Part shown: in pieces, positions 11,738 through 32,601 of the stretch
How the letters are laid out: every line of letters starts with the position of its first letter
Position numbering within the stretch: the stretch's first letter is position 1
DNA from: an uncultured delta proteobacterium
GTDB taxonomy: Bacteria > Desulfobacterota > Binatia > Bin18
Length of the DNA stretch: 64,000 nucleotides
Direction of reading: 5' to 3'
NCBI GenBank assembly: GCA_963733195.1
Contig: CAVTCR010000071.1
Location: 111,642-175,641 of the forward strand
Notes under the pieces: generated by a model
Told to the model about the DNA's origin: nothing
What the model saw: the letters and a program-made list of their open reading frames with translations, nothing else
The model's database searches: none
Position numbers and translations under genes: made by a program

Positions 11738-12283
11738 TTACTTCGCTCCGGCGGTTTTGCCGGCCTTTCTTCGAATTGTTTCCTCAGCGTACTTAATGCC
11801 CTTCGCCTTATAAGGATCAGGCGGACGGAGGCGACGGATCGCAACCGCTACTTCGCCGATCAGTTGTTTATCTATTCCCTCAAGCGTGATAACGGTTTGG
11901 CGATCAATCTTCGCCTGAATTCCATCTGGAAGTTGAAACATGATCGGGTGAGAATATCCTAGGCTAAATTGTACTGCCGCTTTTCCGACAGCCTCAGCTC
12001 GATACCCCACTCCACTAATCTCCAGGGTGCGAGTGAATCCTTTACTTACTCCCTCGACCATATTGGCAATGAGTTTACGTGTCATGCCGTGAATGGCTTT
12101 TGCGCGACGTGATTCTTCTGCGCGCGACACAACGATTCCGCCATCCTTCATTTGCACAGTCACACAAGGATCGACCGCTACCTCGAGCTGGCCTTTTGCT
12201 CCTTGCGCGGCAACTTTTCCGTCTTGAACGGAAATCTTTACTTTATCTGGTACCGGCACTGGCCAGCGTCCAATACCTGCCAT
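11738..12283 (-). CDS. rplF: 50S ribosomal protein L6
   Basis: GVGYRA, LGYSHP, RPPDPYKAKGI. Confidence 0.98.
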   Translation of the reverse strand: MAGIGRWPVPVPDKVKISVQDGKVAAQGAKGQLEVAVDPCVTVQMKDGGIVVSRAEESRRAKAIHGMTRKLIANMVEGVSKGFTRTLEISGVGYRAEAVGKAAVQFSLGYSHPIMFQLPDGIQAKIDRQTVITLEGIDKQLIGEVAVAIRRLRPPDPYKAKGIKYAEETIRRKAGKTAGAK

Positions 12284-12310
12284 GTCCGCGTTTCTCCTCT
12301 CGGCCGAGTA

Positions 12311-12706
12311 TTACCACAGGCTACAAAGAATCTCGCCACCGACGCGTTGTTTTCGCGCTTCTCGGTCAGCCATAATGCCCCGAGAAGTCGAAAGGATATT
12401 CACTCCAAGTCCATTTTGTACTAGCGGAATATCACTTGTGCCTGCATAGGTGCGTAAACTTGGTTTGCTCACACGCTTTACACCGCGTAGCACCGGTTGC
12501 CCAGCTGAGTCATATTTGAGCCATACGCGCAGCAGCGGGCGTCCTTTTTCTTCAATTTTCGCGTATTCTTTCAGAAATCCTTCTTCAATGACAACTTTAA
12601 TGACGGACTCTTTGAGACGCGACCACGGTGCATCAACCCGTTCCTTGTGTGCATGTAGGCCGTTACGAATGCTGGTCAGCAAATCAGCGATGGGATCGGT
12701 TCGCAT
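12311..12706 (-). CDS. rpsH: 30S ribosomal protein S8
   Basis: DPIADLLTSIRN, STSRGIM, GGE. Confidence 0.98.
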   Translation of the reverse strand: MRTDPIADLLTSIRNGLHAHKERVDAPWSRLKESVIKVVIEEGFLKEYAKIEEKGRPLLRVWLKYDSAGQPVLRGVKRVSKPSLRTYAGTSDIPLVQNGLGVNILSTSRGIMADREARKQRVGGEILCSLW

Positions 12707-12718
12707 CCTTCATTCTCC

Positions 12719-12904
12719 TTACCAGCTCGCTTTGGTGAGGCCAGGAATCTGTCCTTTAAGAGCATAGTTGCGAAGACAGATTCGACACATGCGAAATCGA
12801 CGATAGAAAGCGCGCGCTCGACCGCATAATCCACAGCGGTTATACTGTCTCACAGAAAACTTCTGTTTGCGTTGTGCTTTAATCCGTAAAGACGTGCGTG
12901 CCAT
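12719..12904 (-). CDS. rpsN: 30S ribosomal protein S14 type Z (Zn-binding)
   Basis: 61 aa, RCGLCGR...CRIC...ASW. Confidence 0.97.
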   Translation of the reverse strand: MARTSLRIKAQRKQKFSVRQYNRCGLCGRARAFYRRFRMCRICLRNYALKGQIPGLTKASW

Positions 12905-12910
12905 AACTCT

Positions 12911-13453
12911 TTAACTCCGGAAGGGCATTCCTAAGGCGCGCAGGAGTGCTCGCCCTTCAGCGTCCGTTTGTGCTGATGTCACAAAAGAACAAGTAAATCC
13001 CTTCACTTGCTCGACTTTATCGATATTGATTTCAGGGAAGATAGTATGTTCGCGGATACCTAACGAATAGTTACCGCGACCATCAAAAGCCTTCTCTGAG
13101 ACACCCTGAAAATCTCGTACACGCGGAAGGGCCACACTGACGAGACGGTCAAGAAATTCATACATGCGATCACCGTGCAAGGTCACGGCACATCCAATCG
13201 CTACCCCTTCACGCAGTTTAAAGTTCGCGATCGACTTATGAGCCTTGGTTACTATTGGTTTCTGCCCCGTGATCTGTGTCAGGTCGCTCACACCGGTCTC
13301 AAGGATCTTCGCGTTTTGTACCGCCTCCCCAAGCCCCATATTCACCACGATTTTCAGGAGGCGTGGAATCTGCATCACGTTGGCGTACCCGAGTTCTTGC
13401 TTAAGGGCAGGAACGACTTTCTGTTTATAAAACTCTTTAAGACGTGCTGCCAT
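12911..13453 (-). CDS. rplE: 50S ribosomal protein L5
   Basis: [22 protein letters not shown]. Confidence 0.98.
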   Translation of the reverse strand: MAARLKEFYKQKVVPALKQELGYANVMQIPRLLKIVVNMGLGEAVQNAKILETGVSDLTQITGQKPIVTKAHKSIANFKLREGVAIGCAVTLHGDRMYEFLDRLVSVALPRVRDFQGVSEKAFDGRGNYSLGIREHTIFPEINIDKVEQVKGFTCSFVTSAQTDAEGRALLRALGMPFRS

Positions 13454-13455
13454 AA

Positions 13456-13776
13456 TTACTTGTCCAACAGTTCGTTACAGCGTCTGCAGAATCGCGCTTT
13501 GCTTCCATCTTGCAAAACTCGGGTGCCCACACGGACCGGCGCATTACAGCGTTCACACATAGGCATCAAGTTAGAGAGATGGATCGACGCTTCTTTTTCG
13601 ACGATGCCTCCTGGGCTTTGAGGTCCTCGGGGTTTAGTATGGCGTTTAACGATGTTCAAACGCTCCACAACCGCACGATTCTCCTCGGATAGTACACGCA
13701 GGACCTTACCGATCTTGCCATGCTCTTTTCCGGCAATAACCATGACAGTATCGTTCTTTTTTACTCGCGCTAACAT
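13456..13776 (-). CDS. rplX: 50S ribosomal protein L24
   Basis: KOW motif [11 protein letters not shown]; IHLSN. Confidence 0.97.
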   Translation of the reverse strand: MLARVKKNDTVMVIAGKEHGKIGKVLRVLSEENRAVVERLNIVKRHTKPRGPQSPGGIVEKEASIHLSNLMPMCERCNAPVRVGTRVLQDGSKARFCRRCNELLDK

Positions 13777-13785
13777 GGCTTCTTC

Positions 13786-14154
13786 CTACAATACTTCTGG
13801 GGCAAGAGAGATAATCTTCATGAATCGTTTCGCACGTAACTCTCGTGCAACTGGGCCGAAAATACGAGTTCCAATCGGTTCACGCTGGTTATCCAAAAGG
13901 ACGGCTGAGTTGTTGTCAAAACGAATGTACGAGCCATCAGGGCGACCTATTTCTTTAGCCGTGCGGACGATCACTGCACGCATGACATCGCCTTTTTTCA
14001 CTTTCGCATTCGGTATGGCTTCACGAATAGACACCACAATCTCGTCCCCAATAGATGCATACCGCCTGCGCGTCCCACCCAGTACCCGTACACAACGGAC
14101 CTTGCGTGCGCCAGAGTTGTCGGCCACATCTAAGATGGTCTCAACCTGAATCAT
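13786..14154 (-). CDS. rplN: 50S ribosomal protein L14
   Basis: VADNSGA...[12 protein letters not shown]...SLAPEVL. Confidence 0.98.
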   Translation of the reverse strand: MIQVETILDVADNSGARKVRCVRVLGGTRRRYASIGDEIVVSIREAIPNAKVKKGDVMRAVIVRTAKEIGRPDGSYIRFDNNSAVLLDNQREPIGTRIFGPVARELRAKRFMKIISLAPEVL

Positions 14155-14179
14155 AGTACACTTTCCCCCTGGCCCACTC

Positions 14180-14437
14180 TTATTTTGTCGCTGCCTGTTT
14201 TAATATAGAACGTACAAGCCAGCGCTTTTCACGACTCAGAGGTCTTGTTTCGACGATCGCAACTTGATCGCCGATATGGCAACTGTTCTCTGGATCGTGA
14301 GCTTTATATTTTTTGCGTTGTCGAACGTATTTTTTATACACAGGGTGCTGTACGAAGCGTTCGACCAAAACCACCACGGTCTTGTCCATTTTGTCGCTTA
14401 CCACAACGCCCTGCCGTTCTTTTCTCTGCCCTGGCAC
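14180..14437 (-). CDS. rpsQ: 30S ribosomal protein S17
   Basis: [17 protein letters not shown]. Confidence 0.98.
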   Translation of the reverse strand: MPGQRKERQGVVVSDKMDKTVVVLVERFVQHPVYKKYVRQRKKYKAHDPENSCHIGDQVAIVETRPLSREKRWLVRSILKQAATK

Positions 14438-14442
14438 GATGG

Positions 14443-14649
14443 TTATTCTCCTCTTGTTGCACGAAGACGCTGCTCGTGTCGAATCGTCTTGATCCGTGCG
14501 AGATCGCGCCGAAGTTTACGAACCAACATCGGATTCTCTAACTGTCCAGTACTTCGGCGTAATCGCAAGCGGAAGAGTTCCTCTGCCGTATCACTCTCCT
14601 TTTGCTGTGCTTCGCTGTCAGTCAAATCGCGAATTTCCTTAGCTTGCAT
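14443..14649 (-). CDS. rpmC: 50S ribosomal protein L29
   Basis: ELFRLR...GQLEN...RRDLARIKT. Confidence 0.95.
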   Translation of the reverse strand: MQAKEIRDLTDSEAQQKESDTAEELFRLRLRRSTGQLENPMLVRKLRRDLARIKTIRHEQRLRATRGE

Positions 14650-15064
14650 AGGTTGCTCCGCGGCGCTCACAGAACTGCGTGTTCACTGAGAGTTTATGAG
14701 CTGCCAACCGTAAGGCTTCTTGGGCAACATCACGGGGAATGCCCTCCATTTCAAAAAGCATGCGTCCGGGTTTGACTGGGGCAACCCAAGCCTCCGGTGG
14801 TCCTTTTCCTTTCCCCATCCGTGTTTCCGCTGGCTTCTTCGTTACTGGCTTATCCGGAAAAATGCGGACCCACACTCGTCCACCACGTTTCACGTGACGC
14901 GTTAACGCAACACGAGCTGCTTCAATCTCACGTGCAGTAATCCAGCCTCGCTCAAGAGTTTTCAGGCCGAAATCTCCAAATGCAAGGGAGACTCCACGGT
15001 GAGCGTCTCCATACATTCGCCCGCGTTGCTGTTTTCGATATTTGACTTTCTTCGGCGCTAGCAT
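14639..15064 (-). CDS. rplP: 50S ribosomal protein L16
   Basis: [22 protein letters not shown]. Confidence 0.98.
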   Translation of the reverse strand: MLAPKKVKYRKQQRGRMYGDAHRGVSLAFGDFGLKTLERGWITAREIEAARVALTRHVKRGGRVWVRIFPDKPVTKKPAETRMGKGKGPPEAWVAPVKPGRMLFEMEGIPRDVAQEALRLAAHKLSVNTQFCERRGATYAS

Positions 15065-15074
15065 GATCAGCTCC

Positions 15075-15737
15075 TTAGGCGCTCAACGCCGTTCGCTGTT
15101 GCTCTTCTTCTCGGGTGATGATCTCTCCCCGCATTATCCACACCTTGACCCCGATAATTCCGTAGGTCGTCTTCGCTTCGGCTACTCCATAGCTAATGTC
15201 TGCCCGAATAGTGTGAAGTGGAACTCGTCCTTCGCGGTACCATTCGGTACGGGCAATTTCTGCTCCAGCCAACCGCCCCGAACACCGAACCTTCACTCCT
15301 TGCGCCCCCATGCGTATGGCACGCGTCACACATTCCTTCATGGCTCGGCGAAACGCCACCCGCCGCTCAAGTTGGAGAGCCACATTCTCAGAAACGAGCT
15401 GGGCATCAAGATCCGGGCGACGTACCTCATGAATGTTGAGATAGACTTCCCGATTGGACAGTTTGGCAAGTTCGGCTTTGAGCTTCTCTATCTCCGCTCC
15501 CTTCTTGCCAATTACAATTCCTGGACGCGCAGTATGAATATTAATTTTCGCTTTATTAGCAGCCCGCTCAATCTCAATCTTTGCTATTCCTGCGTGTTGC
15601 AACCGTTTCTTGATAAAATTACGGACACGGATATCGTCGTGCAAAAAATGAGCATAGTCTTTTTCTGCAAACCATCGCGATTCCCATCCTTCAATGACGC
15701 CTAAGCGAAATCCTTTTGGGTGTACCTTTTGCCCCAT
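15075..15737 (-). CDS. rpsC: 30S ribosomal protein S3
   Basis: [25 protein letters not shown]. Confidence 0.98.
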   Translation of the reverse strand: MGQKVHPKGFRLGVIEGWESRWFAEKDYAHFLHDDIRVRNFIKKRLQHAGIAKIEIERAANKAKINIHTARPGIVIGKKGAEIEKLKAELAKLSNREVYLNIHEVRRPDLDAQLVSENVALQLERRVAFRRAMKECVTRAIRMGAQGVKVRCSGRLAGAEIARTEWYREGRVPLHTIRADISYGVAEAKTTYGIIGVKVWIMRGEIITREEEQQRTALSA

Positions 15738-15752
15738 GCTCGACTCCCTATA

Positions 15753-16085
15753 TTACCGCTCTTCGACGATAACAGTAAAATGACTTGTCCGTTTGCGAAT
15801 CGGTGTAGCTCGCCCGTGTGCTCGCGGAGTGAAACGTTTCCAGGTCGTACCTCCATCAACGTAGGTTGCCTTGACGTACAACTTGTCTGGGTCGACATTC
15901 TGAGTGTCGGTTGCGTTGGCAACAGCGGAGCGCAGGGTTTTTGCAAGTATCCGCGCCGCCTTCTTTGGTGTAAATCTGAGGATAGCAAATGCCTGCTCAA
16001 CCTGTTTTCCGCGAATCAGGTCGGCAACTAAACGACCTTTTTGCGGAGAAATGCGCACTTGGCGTAAAATCGCCCTAGCTTCCAT
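15753..16085 (-). CDS. rplV: 50S ribosomal protein L22
   Basis: RISPQKGRLVADLIRG, RAHGRA. Confidence 0.98.
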   Translation of the reverse strand: MEARAILRQVRISPQKGRLVADLIRGKQVEQAFAILRFTPKKAARILAKTLRSAVANATDTQNVDPDKLYVKATYVDGGTTWKRFTPRAHGRATPIRKRTSHFTVIVEER

Positions 16086-16096
16086 GATATCCGCTC

Positions 16097-16393
16097 CTAT
16101 GCTTTTGCTGGCGCCTTTTTGACCTCGCCTTTACGGTCACCAGAATGACTGTAGAAGGTTCGTGTCGGTGAAAACTCTCCCAATTTGTGTCCAACCATAT
16201 TCTCAGTCACGTAAACCGGAACGAACTTTTTGCCATTGTGGACCGCAAACGTATATCCAATCATTTCAGGAGTGATGGTCGAACGCCGGGACCATGTCTT
16301 CACAACTTGCTTGTTGCCACTAGAGATAAGGGCTTCAACTTTCTTCAGAAGATGGTCATCGACAAATGGGCCTTTTTTTACCGAGCGTGGCAT
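16097..16393 (-). CDS. rpsS: 30S ribosomal protein S19
   Basis: [16 protein letters not shown]. Confidence 0.98.
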   Translation of the reverse strand: MPRSVKKGPFVDDHLLKKVEALISSGNKQVVKTWSRRSTITPEMIGYTFAVHNGKKFVPVYVTENMVGHKLGEFSPTRTFYSHSGDRKGEVKKAPAKA

Positions 16394-16399
16394 AGAAAT

Positions 16400-17224
16400 C
16401 TACTTCTTCTTTCTTTTTTGCATGATGTACTTATCAGTGCGCGGATTCTTTCTCGTCTTATATCCTTTTGCGAGGACTCCCCACGGACTCTGTGGATGAT
16501 TTCCTTTTCCACGCCCTTCGCCACCACCCATGGGATGATCGACAGGGTTCATTGCTACTCCGCGAACATGCGGGCGGCGACCAAGCCAGCGCGAGCGGCC
16601 TGCCTTTCCTATAGATATATTCTCATGATCGAGGTTGCCGACTTGCCCGATAGTGGCTCGACATTTTATGTATACACGACGAACTTCTCCGGAGGGAAGT
16701 TTCACCGCTGCGTAGTCACCTTCTTTTGCCATCAACTGCGCAGCCACACCAGCGCTACGAACGAGTTGCCCACCTTTTCCCAATTTGAGCTCGACGTTAT
16801 GGATCATCGTGCCAAGCGGGATATTACTCAACGGGAGGGCATTCCCCGGCTTAATATCGGCCTCTTCCCCTGACATCACACTGTCTCCGACCGATAGTCC
16901 CACTGGGGAAAGGATGTAACGTTTCTCCCCATCAACGTAATGAAGGAGTGCAAGGTGAGCAGAGCGATTTGGGTCATATTCGATCGCAGCGACCTTTGCC
17001 GCAATTCCATCTTTTTCACGACGAAAATCAATAATGCGATATCGGCGTTTGTGTCCCCCGCCGCGATATCGCATGGTGACGCGGCCTCGATTATTCCGCC
17101 CACCGCTCTCACGATGCGGAGCAAGGAGAGATCGTTCTGGCGCTTTTTTACTCAAGTCGCTGAAATCGACAACACTTTGGAAACGCCGTGCAGTCGATGT
17201 CGGCTTATATTGTCTAACAGCCAT
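16400..17224 (-). CDS. rplB: 50S ribosomal protein L2
   Basis: [25 protein letters not shown]. Confidence 0.98.
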   Translation of the reverse strand: MAVRQYKPTSTARRFQSVVDFSDLSKKAPERSLLAPHRESGGRNNRGRVTMRYRGGGHKRRYRIIDFRREKDGIAAKVAAIEYDPNRSAHLALLHYVDGEKRYILSPVGLSVGDSVMSGEEADIKPGNALPLSNIPLGTMIHNVELKLGKGGQLVRSAGVAAQLMAKEGDYAAVKLPSGEVRRVYIKCRATIGQVGNLDHENISIGKAGRSRWLGRRPHVRGVAMNPVDHPMGGGEGRGKGNHPQSPWGVLAKGYKTRKNPRTDKYIMQKRKKK

Positions 17225-17227
17225 GAA

Positions 17228-17521
17228 TTAGGCTCCCTCAAAAAAGTCGATGCGGTTACCTTCAGCGAGGGTTACGTACGCTTTTTTCCAAGCAGATCGT
17301 CGTCCTACGGATTTGCCAACACGCCGCTGTTTTCCGAGATACTGGATTGTGTGTATCTTTTTTACTTTTACCTTAAACAGTGTCTCGATTGCCCGTTTGA
17401 TCGCTCCCTTGTCGGCCTCTGGGCGAACGCGAAAAATAATCTGATTCCCGGTCTCATTCACTAGCGTCGCTTTCTCAGTAATGAGAGGAGCAGTGAGAAC
17501 CGAATAGATATCCCTGCTCAT
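17228..17521 (-). CDS. rplW: 50S ribosomal protein L23
   Basis: PLITEKA, WKKAYVTL. Confidence 0.97.
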   Translation of the reverse strand: MSRDIYSVLTAPLITEKATLVNETGNQIIFRVRPEADKGAIKRAIETLFKVKVKKIHTIQYLGKQRRVGKSVGRRSAWKKAYVTLAEGNRIDFFEGA

Positions 17522-18156
17522 GCTGCTAGCCTTTCGTTTACTTTCTGAAACGCCGCTTGGGTAAAGAGCACCTGCTTATAATGCAACAGATCGTAGACAT
17601 TAATCCCTTCACTTCGCAGCACTTTGGCCCACGGAATGTTCCGCGTCGCTTTCTCGACTTGTTCATTTGCGTCGGCAATAACAACAAGCACACTCTGCTG
17701 AAGCTGCAAGCGAGAGAAAAGTTCCAACATTTTCTTAGTTTTTATCTCTGGTAGAACGATATCGTTGACAACAAATAGTGCACCTTCACGATGCTTATTT
17801 GCGAGTGCAGCTTTTAGTGCAGTAGCCCGCGCACTTTTCGGCAATCGGTAGGAATATGAGCGGGGTTGTGGCCCAAATATTGTGGCCCCACCAACCCAGA
17901 TCGGCGAGCGTGAGCTTCCAGCTCTGGCTCGTCCAGTACCTTTTTGTCGCCACGGTTTCTTTCCACCACCACGGACAAAGGCGCGCGTCTTCGTCGCCGC
18001 CGTTCCTGCCCTTCGGTTCGCGCGTTGCATTTTGACCACCTCAAAAAGGAGGTGTTCGCGCGCAGGTTGTTGCGCGATCTCCGCCGGCAACTCGACCTCA
18101 CCTACAGTTTCTCTTTCCGGCGAGAACACCGGAATACGTTGCGCTTGCCCTTCCAT
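17518..18156 (-). CDS. rplD: 50S ribosomal protein L4
   Basis: KPWRQKGTGRARAGS. Confidence 0.98.
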   Translation of the reverse strand: MEGQAQRIPVFSPERETVGEVELPAEIAQQPAREHLLFEVVKMQRANRRAGTAATKTRAFVRGGGKKPWRQKGTGRARAGSSRSPIWVGGATIFGPQPRSYSYRLPKSARATALKAALANKHREGALFVVNDIVLPEIKTKKMLELFSRLQLQQSVLVVIADANEQVEKATRNIPWAKVLRSEGINVYDLLHYKQVLFTQAAFQKVNERLAA

Positions 18157-18157
18157 G

Positions 18158-18796
18158 TTACTTCTTTCCTACCGCCGCCTTGCGCACGAGCACAATCCCA
18201 CCTGGTGCGCCAGGGACTGCTCCGCGGACAAACAACAAATGACCATCCTCACGAACATCAACTACGCGAAGATGGAGCTGGGTCATGCGATCATTCCCAT
18301 ATTGGCCAGCCATCCGTTTACCTTTAAAAATACGCCCCGGAAACGAACGGTTACCAATTGATCCCCCGTGACGAAAGTATTCATGGGTTCCACGACCATC
18401 AGGAAACCCAGACATACCGTGTCGTTTCATGACTCCGGCATACCCACGCCCTTTTGTCTTGCCGATAACATCAACAATTTCTCCAGGTTTAAAAAGGGAA
18501 CTCGCAGTGACAGCATTCCCTACTTCGTATTGATCGATATCCCCGGTACGAAACTCGCGAAGTACCGCAAAGGGTTCAGCATTGGCCTTCTTGCAGTGAC
18601 CAATAAGAGGTTTGTTCGCACGCTGCAACTTGCGTGTGCCAAAGCCAAGCTGAATAGCGGTGTACCCATCACGTTCGGAGGTCTTTTTTTGTACCACGGT
18701 ACAGGGTCCGGCTTGAATAATCGTTACAGGGACGAGGGTGCCGTCAGGGGCAAAGATCTGCCCCATGCCAAGTTTTCTTCCAATCAGGCCGATCAT
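18158..18796 (-). CDS. rplC: 50S ribosomal protein L3
   Basis: KLGMGQ, KGRGYAG, KGKRMAG. Confidence 0.98.
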   Translation of the reverse strand: MIGLIGRKLGMGQIFAPDGTLVPVTIIQAGPCTVVQKKTSERDGYTAIQLGFGTRKLQRANKPLIGHCKKANAEPFAVLREFRTGDIDQYEVGNAVTASSLFKPGEIVDVIGKTKGRGYAGVMKRHGMSGFPDGRGTHEYFRHGGSIGNRSFPGRIFKGKRMAGQYGNDRMTQLHLRVVDVREDGHLLFVRGAVPGAPGGIVLVRKAAVGKK

Positions 18797-18809
18797 ACGA
18801 TGGGCTTCC

Positions 18810-19128
18810 TTACTGAAGCTTTATTTCGACATCGACGCCAGCAGCAAGTTCAAGTTTCCCAAGGGCATCAATGGTTTGCTGCGTTGGGTCAAGGATATCG
18901 AGCAGTCGCTTGTGGGTGCGGATCTCGAATTGTTCGCGCGATTTTTTATCTACATGAGGAGAGCGGTTAACAGTAAATCGCTCAGTCCGCGTCGGTAGGG
19001 GAATTGGTCCGGCTACCCGCCCTCCGGTGCGTTTTACCGTCTCGACAATTTCTTTCACTGACGGTATCTAACACTCTGTGATCGTATGCTTTGAGACGGA
19101 TACGAATTTTTTCGTTCATCGTTGCCAT
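18810..19128 (-). CDS. rpsJ: 30S ribosomal protein S10, frameshift near 19065
   Basis: [15 protein letters not shown] in one frame; GPIPLPT...[12 protein letters not shown] in another. Confidence 0.95.
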
Positions 19129-19134
19129 AAGACA

Positions 19135-20327
<1,193 letters not shown>

Positions 20328-20500
20328 CTGCTCGCTCCTTCTTACGCTAAAGTCAGTAAAAAGAAATTTTTAGAGAAGACGGGTCCTGAGGTTGTCGCAT
20401 CGTACCAGCCACAACCTCGATCGCCGCTTCTGTGTTGTTATTTGGGGAGCCGCAATTGTAAAGGCTATTTCAGAAGAGTCAACGGCGTCTAGCTTACCAC

Positions 20501-20973
20501 TTACCAGCGGTAATGTGCAAATGCCTTGTTGGCCTCAGCCATGCGGTGGGTATCTTCGCGTTTTTTTACTGCTCCGCCTCGCTTCTGTGATGCCTCAAAG
20601 AATTCTCCCGCCAGTTTCTCTCGCATGTTTTTCTCCGGTCGTTGCCGTGCAGATTGGACAAGCCAGCGCATAGCAAGAGAATTCCGACGTGTTCGTCCGA
20701 ACTTCTATCGGGACCTGATACGTTGCTCCACCAACTCTTCGTGAACGCACCTCAACAATAGGTTTCACATTATCAAGCGCTCGGCGAAAAGTCTCTACCG
20801 ATTCTTCTCCAGTCCGCTTCCCGAGAATGTCCAGAGCTCCATAGAGAATTCGTTCGGCTGACCCCTTTCTTCCCGCCGTCCATCATCATGTTGATGAACT
20901 TTGTCACTACAAGATCATGATATTTTGGATCGGGAAGAATATCTCGTTGTGGTGCAGGCCCTTTACGCGGCAT
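20501..20973 (-). CDS. rpsG: 30S ribosomal protein S7 (frameshifted)
   Basis: MPRKG...PDPKY N-terminus; C-terminus [13 protein letters not shown] ending at 20501. Confidence 0.94.
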
Positions 20974-20998
20974 AAATTGTCTCCTTGGCCTGTCATCG

Positions 20999-21369
20999 TT
21001 ACTTCGGTTTTTTCGCACCATATTTTGACCGTCCTTGTTTCCGGTCCTGCACTCCAATGGAATCCAGGGTTCCTCGGATAATGTGGTATCGAACGCCAGG
21101 GAGATCTTTTACACGACCGCCTCTAATCAGCACCACAGAATGTTCCTGTAAGTTATGACCAATGCCAGGGATATAGGCCGTCACTTCAATCCCATTCGTC
21201 AATCGTACGCGGGCAACTTTTCGCAAGGCAGAGTTAGGTTTCTTCGGTGTTGTCGTATACACGCGTGTACACACACCGCGTCGTTGCGGACATGCTTGCA
21301 GCGCTGGGGTCGTCGCTTTCGTCGTTGCTGCTCTCTCCCTTGACGAACGAGTTGCTGAATCGTGGGCAT
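20999..21369 (-). CDS. rpsL: 30S ribosomal protein S12, frameshift near 21318
   Basis: MPTIQQLVR; [18 protein letters not shown]; [10 protein letters not shown]. Confidence 0.96.
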
Positions 21370-21401
21370 GCGTTCTCCTTAGCTATTACTCGCGTTATGC
21401 T

Positions 21402-25489
<4,088 letters not shown>

Positions 25490-25506
25490 GATTACTCCTC
25501 TGCACC

Positions 25507-29627
<4,121 letters not shown>

Positions 29628-29651
29628 TCACTTCTCCTTCGGTTAAGATGA

Positions 29652-30044
29652 TTACTTTAACTCAACCGTACCACCCGCTTCTTCCAGTTTTTTCTTCATG
29701 TCACCAGCCTCAGCCTTTGCTACGGCTTCTTTCACCGTCTTGGGCGCTCCATCAACCAAGTCCTTCGCTTCTTTCAGACCAAGCCCGGTCAATTCACGAA
29801 CGACTTTGATGACTTGAATTTTCTTTTCCCCAGCGCCGGTTAGTACAACATCAAAGTCTTCCTTCTCGACTACAGCCGCAGGTGCCGCGGCAGCAGGTGC
29901 ACCTGCGCCAGCAACAACCACCGGGGCCGCAGCAGTAACTCCCCACTTCTCTTCGAGCTTCTTTACCAAATCCGCGACTTCGAGAATGGTGAGCCCGGAA
30001 AGGGTACCAACAATCTCCTCCATTTTTTCCGGAGTAAGGGCCAT
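29652..30044 (-). CDS. rplL: 50S ribosomal protein L7/L12
   Basis: Ala-rich hinge; [20 protein letters not shown]. Confidence 0.98.
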   Translation of the reverse strand: MALTPEKMEEIVGTLSGLTILEVADLVKKLEEKWGVTAAAPVVVAGAGAPAAAAPAAVVEKEDFDVVLTGAGEKKIQVIKVVRELTGLGLKEAKDLVDGAPKTVKEAVAKAEAGDMKKKLEEAGGTVELK

Positions 30045-30080
30045 ACGTTCCTCCTTCACATCTCAGATATCAGATTAGGG

Positions 30081-30596
30081 TCAACTTAATTGCGATTTTC
30101 TTGCATCTAAAACACGAGCAAGCTGTGCGCCTGGCGCCGCGAGCGTACTCACAAGTTGTCCAGCCGGACGAGATAACATCCCGAGCAATTGCGCACGTAA
30201 CGCTTCACGACTCGGCAACTGGGATAACGTCTCTACTCCAGTTGCAGCCAGGAATTGCCCGTCGGTCACTCCACCTTTGACCGTAAATTTTTGATGCTCT
30301 TTAGCGTACCGAGTAACAATCTTGGCTAATCCAACGGCGTCTCCATAACCAATGACGAGCCCGTTCTGACCGGTTAGCAGTTCCTTAAGAGAAAGATAGG
30401 GAGATCCCTCAATAGCCAGCGCAATAAGAGTGTTCTTCGCGACTCGATATTCACCTGCAACTTCTCGCAGTTCCCGACGAAGCGCACTTATCTCGGCAAC
30501 TGTGAGCCCTTTATATTCAGCAACAACTGCAGTCGTTGCCTTGCCAAGAAGCTCTTTCAGATCACCGACTTCTGTTTCTTTTGTACGACGATCCAT
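30081..30596 (-). CDS. rplJ: 50S ribosomal protein L10
   Basis: YKGLTV...LRRELR...KNTL...LPSRE. Confidence 0.96.
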   Translation of the reverse strand: MDRRTKETEVGDLKELLGKATTAVVAEYKGLTVAEISALRRELREVAGEYRVAKNTLIALAIEGSPYLSLKELLTGQNGLVIGYGDAVGLAKIVTRYAKEHQKFTVKGGVTDGQFLAATGVETLSQLPSREALRAQLLGMLSRPAGQLVSTLAAPGAQLARVLDARKSQLS

Positions 30597-30628
30597 AGCT
30601 CGAATCCTGTTTCTCTTCTTTTTAGCAT

Positions 30629-31339
30629 CTAGACGGCAGCTTGTTGGGTAACAGAGATAGGATCAACTCGTACCCCTGGCCCCATAGTCGAGCTGACAGA
30701 AACACGAAGCAGATAGGTTCCCTTAGATGAGGACGGCTTCGCCCGTACTACAGTAGTCAATAAAGAGGTCGCGTTGTCCACAAGCTGTTGTTCACTAAAG
30801 GAAGACTTGCCCACTGGAACATGAACATTCCCAGCTTTATCAACTCGATACTCGACTTTCCCACCCTTTAGTTCTTGGACAGCCTTGCCCACATCCATAG
30901 TCACAGTCCCAACTTTAGGGTTGGGCATAAGCCCACGTGGGCCAAGAATCTTTCCTAGTCGTCCTACCACCCCCATCATGTCAGGGGTCGCGATCGCTTT
31001 ATCAAACTCAAGCCATCCTTCATCTGTAATACGTTTGGCAAGCTCATCGGCCCCAACAACATCTGCCCCAGCCGCTTCCGCTTCCCGCGCCTTCTCTCCT
31101 TTTGCAAAGACAGCAACTCTCACTGTTTTGCCAGTTCCATGAGGGAGAATGACAGTACCTCTTACGTTTTGGTCAGCTTTGCGCGGGTCGACTCCAAGAC
31201 GAAGAGCAAGTTCAACCGTCTCGTCAAACTTTGCTCTTTTAGTTTCACGAATGAGAGAAACAGCCTCTTTCAACGAATACAGTTTCTCTCGGTCGATCTT
31301 TTCTGCTGCAGCTCGATAGCTCTTTCCTTTGCGCGCCAT
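30629..31339 (-). CDS. rplA: 50S ribosomal protein L1
   Basis: [21 protein letters not shown]. Confidence 0.98.
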   Translation of the reverse strand: MARKGKSYRAAAEKIDREKLYSLKEAVSLIRETKRAKFDETVELALRLGVDPRKADQNVRGTVILPHGTGKTVRVAVFAKGEKAREAEAAGADVVGADELAKRITDEGWLEFDKAIATPDMMGVVGRLGKILGPRGLMPNPKVGTVTMDVGKAVQELKGGKVEYRVDKAGNVHVPVGKSSFSEQQLVDNATSLLTTVVRAKPSSSKGTYLLRVSVSSTMGPGVRVDPISVTQQAAV

Positions 31340-31340
31340 A

Positions 31341-31766
31341 CTAGTCCACCACTTCGATGCCCATGCTGCGGGCGGTTCCTTCAACAGTCTTGATCGCTCC
31401 ATTGATATCTATTGCGTTCAAGTCTGGAAGTTTTATCGATGCAATCTCTCTAACTTGCGCTTTTGTGATTGAACCAACGGTTTTCTTCGCCGGTTCTCCC
31501 GATCCTTTCTCTAGCCCGATTGCCTTTTTGATGAGAATAGAGGCTGGTGGGGTTTTTGTAACAAAAGAAAAGGAACGGTCAGCATATACCGTAATCACGA
31601 CCGGAATCACAAGGCCTTGCTGCCCTTGCGTGCGGGCATTGAAAGCTTTGCAGAATTCCATAATGTTCACCCCTCGCTGCCCAAGTGCTGGACCGACAGG
31701 AGGGCTAGGGTTTGCCTGGCCAGCCAGAATTTGAAGTTTGACTTCTCCCACAACTTTTTTTGCCAT
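31341..31766 (-). CDS. rplK: 50S ribosomal protein L11
   Basis: [19 protein letters not shown]. Confidence 0.98.
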   Translation of the reverse strand: MAKKVVGEVKLQILAGQANPSPPVGPALGQRGVNIMEFCKAFNARTQGQQGLVIPVVITVYADRSFSFVTKTPPASILIKKAIGLEKGSGEPAKKTVGSITKAQVREIASIKLPDLNAIDINGAIKTVEGTARSMGIEVVD

Positions 31767-31784
31767 ACGTACACTACCTAATAG

Positions 31785-32324
31785 TTATGCTTTTTCCACT
31801 TGCACAAGATCAAGTTCCACCGGAGTTGCACGTCCGAAGATACTGATCAAAACTCGCAGTTTCCCTTTGTCCGGCTTCACTTCTTCTACTACACCAGTGA
31901 AGTCTTGAAATGGCCCGTCGACAACTTTCACATTTTCCCCTGTTTCAAAAAGCACTTTCGGCTTCGGACGGAGTGCCCCTTCTTGCACTTGATGGTTGAT
32001 CTCTAGGACTTCTGCTTCGGAAACAGGAGGAATCGTACTTGGGTCGTTTGTTCCGCCAACGAATCCCGTCACTTTAGGAGTCGATTTTACAACGTGCCAG
32101 GTCTCATCGTTCATTTCCATGTTGACAAGAATGTAACCAGGGAAGAACTTCCGCGAGGAAGTTCTTTTTCTCCCTTTCACGAGCTCCACAACTTGTTCCT
32201 CGGGAACCAGAATGTCAGCAAAGTATTCTTGCTTCCCCAATGTTCGGATGCGCTCTTCTAGCGCAGCTTTTGCTTTACGTTCGTATCCTGAATACGTGTG
32301 GACAACATACCAAAGCTTGGCCAT
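31785..32324 (-). CDS. nusG: Transcription termination/antitermination factor NusG
   Basis: WYVVHTYSGYE, FPGYILV, KOW domain IFGRATPVEL. Confidence 0.98.
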   Translation of the reverse strand: MAKLWYVVHTYSGYERKAKAALEERIRTLGKQEYFADILVPEEQVVELVKGRKRTSSRKFFPGYILVNMEMNDETWHVVKSTPKVTGFVGGTNDPSTIPPVSEAEVLEINHQVQEGALRPKPKVLFETGENVKVVDGPFQDFTGVVEEVKPDKGKLRVLISIFGRATPVELDLVQVEKA

Positions 32325-32346
32325 GGATGTCTCACAATCTGCCAAT

Positions 32347-32568
32347 TCAGCTTCTAAGGATTGCCTGGAGAAGCCACGACAGCACCCAGTCAACAAGAAA
32401 CAAATAGAGAGCAATAATCGTCACAAGGGAGATAACCACAATCGTAGCAGCTCGTACCTCCTTCCGCGAAGGCCATTGGACACGTTGAAATTCAGCCCAC
32501 GCTTCCTGAAGAAAGGATCGGATAGTAAAAATCCATTCTTTCATTGCCAGCGGCACCACAGATACCAT
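32347..32568 (-). CDS. secE: Preprotein translocase SecE
   Basis: EFQRVQWPSRKE followed by one TM helix, upstream of nusG. Confidence 0.95.
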   Translation of the reverse strand: MVSVVPLAMKEWIFTIRSFLQEAWAEFQRVQWPSRKEVRAATIVVISLVTIIALYLFLVDWVLSWLLQAILRS

Positions 32569-32601
32569 TTGTTACGTCAAGACAGAGAGGCTTGTTTTCA
32601 G

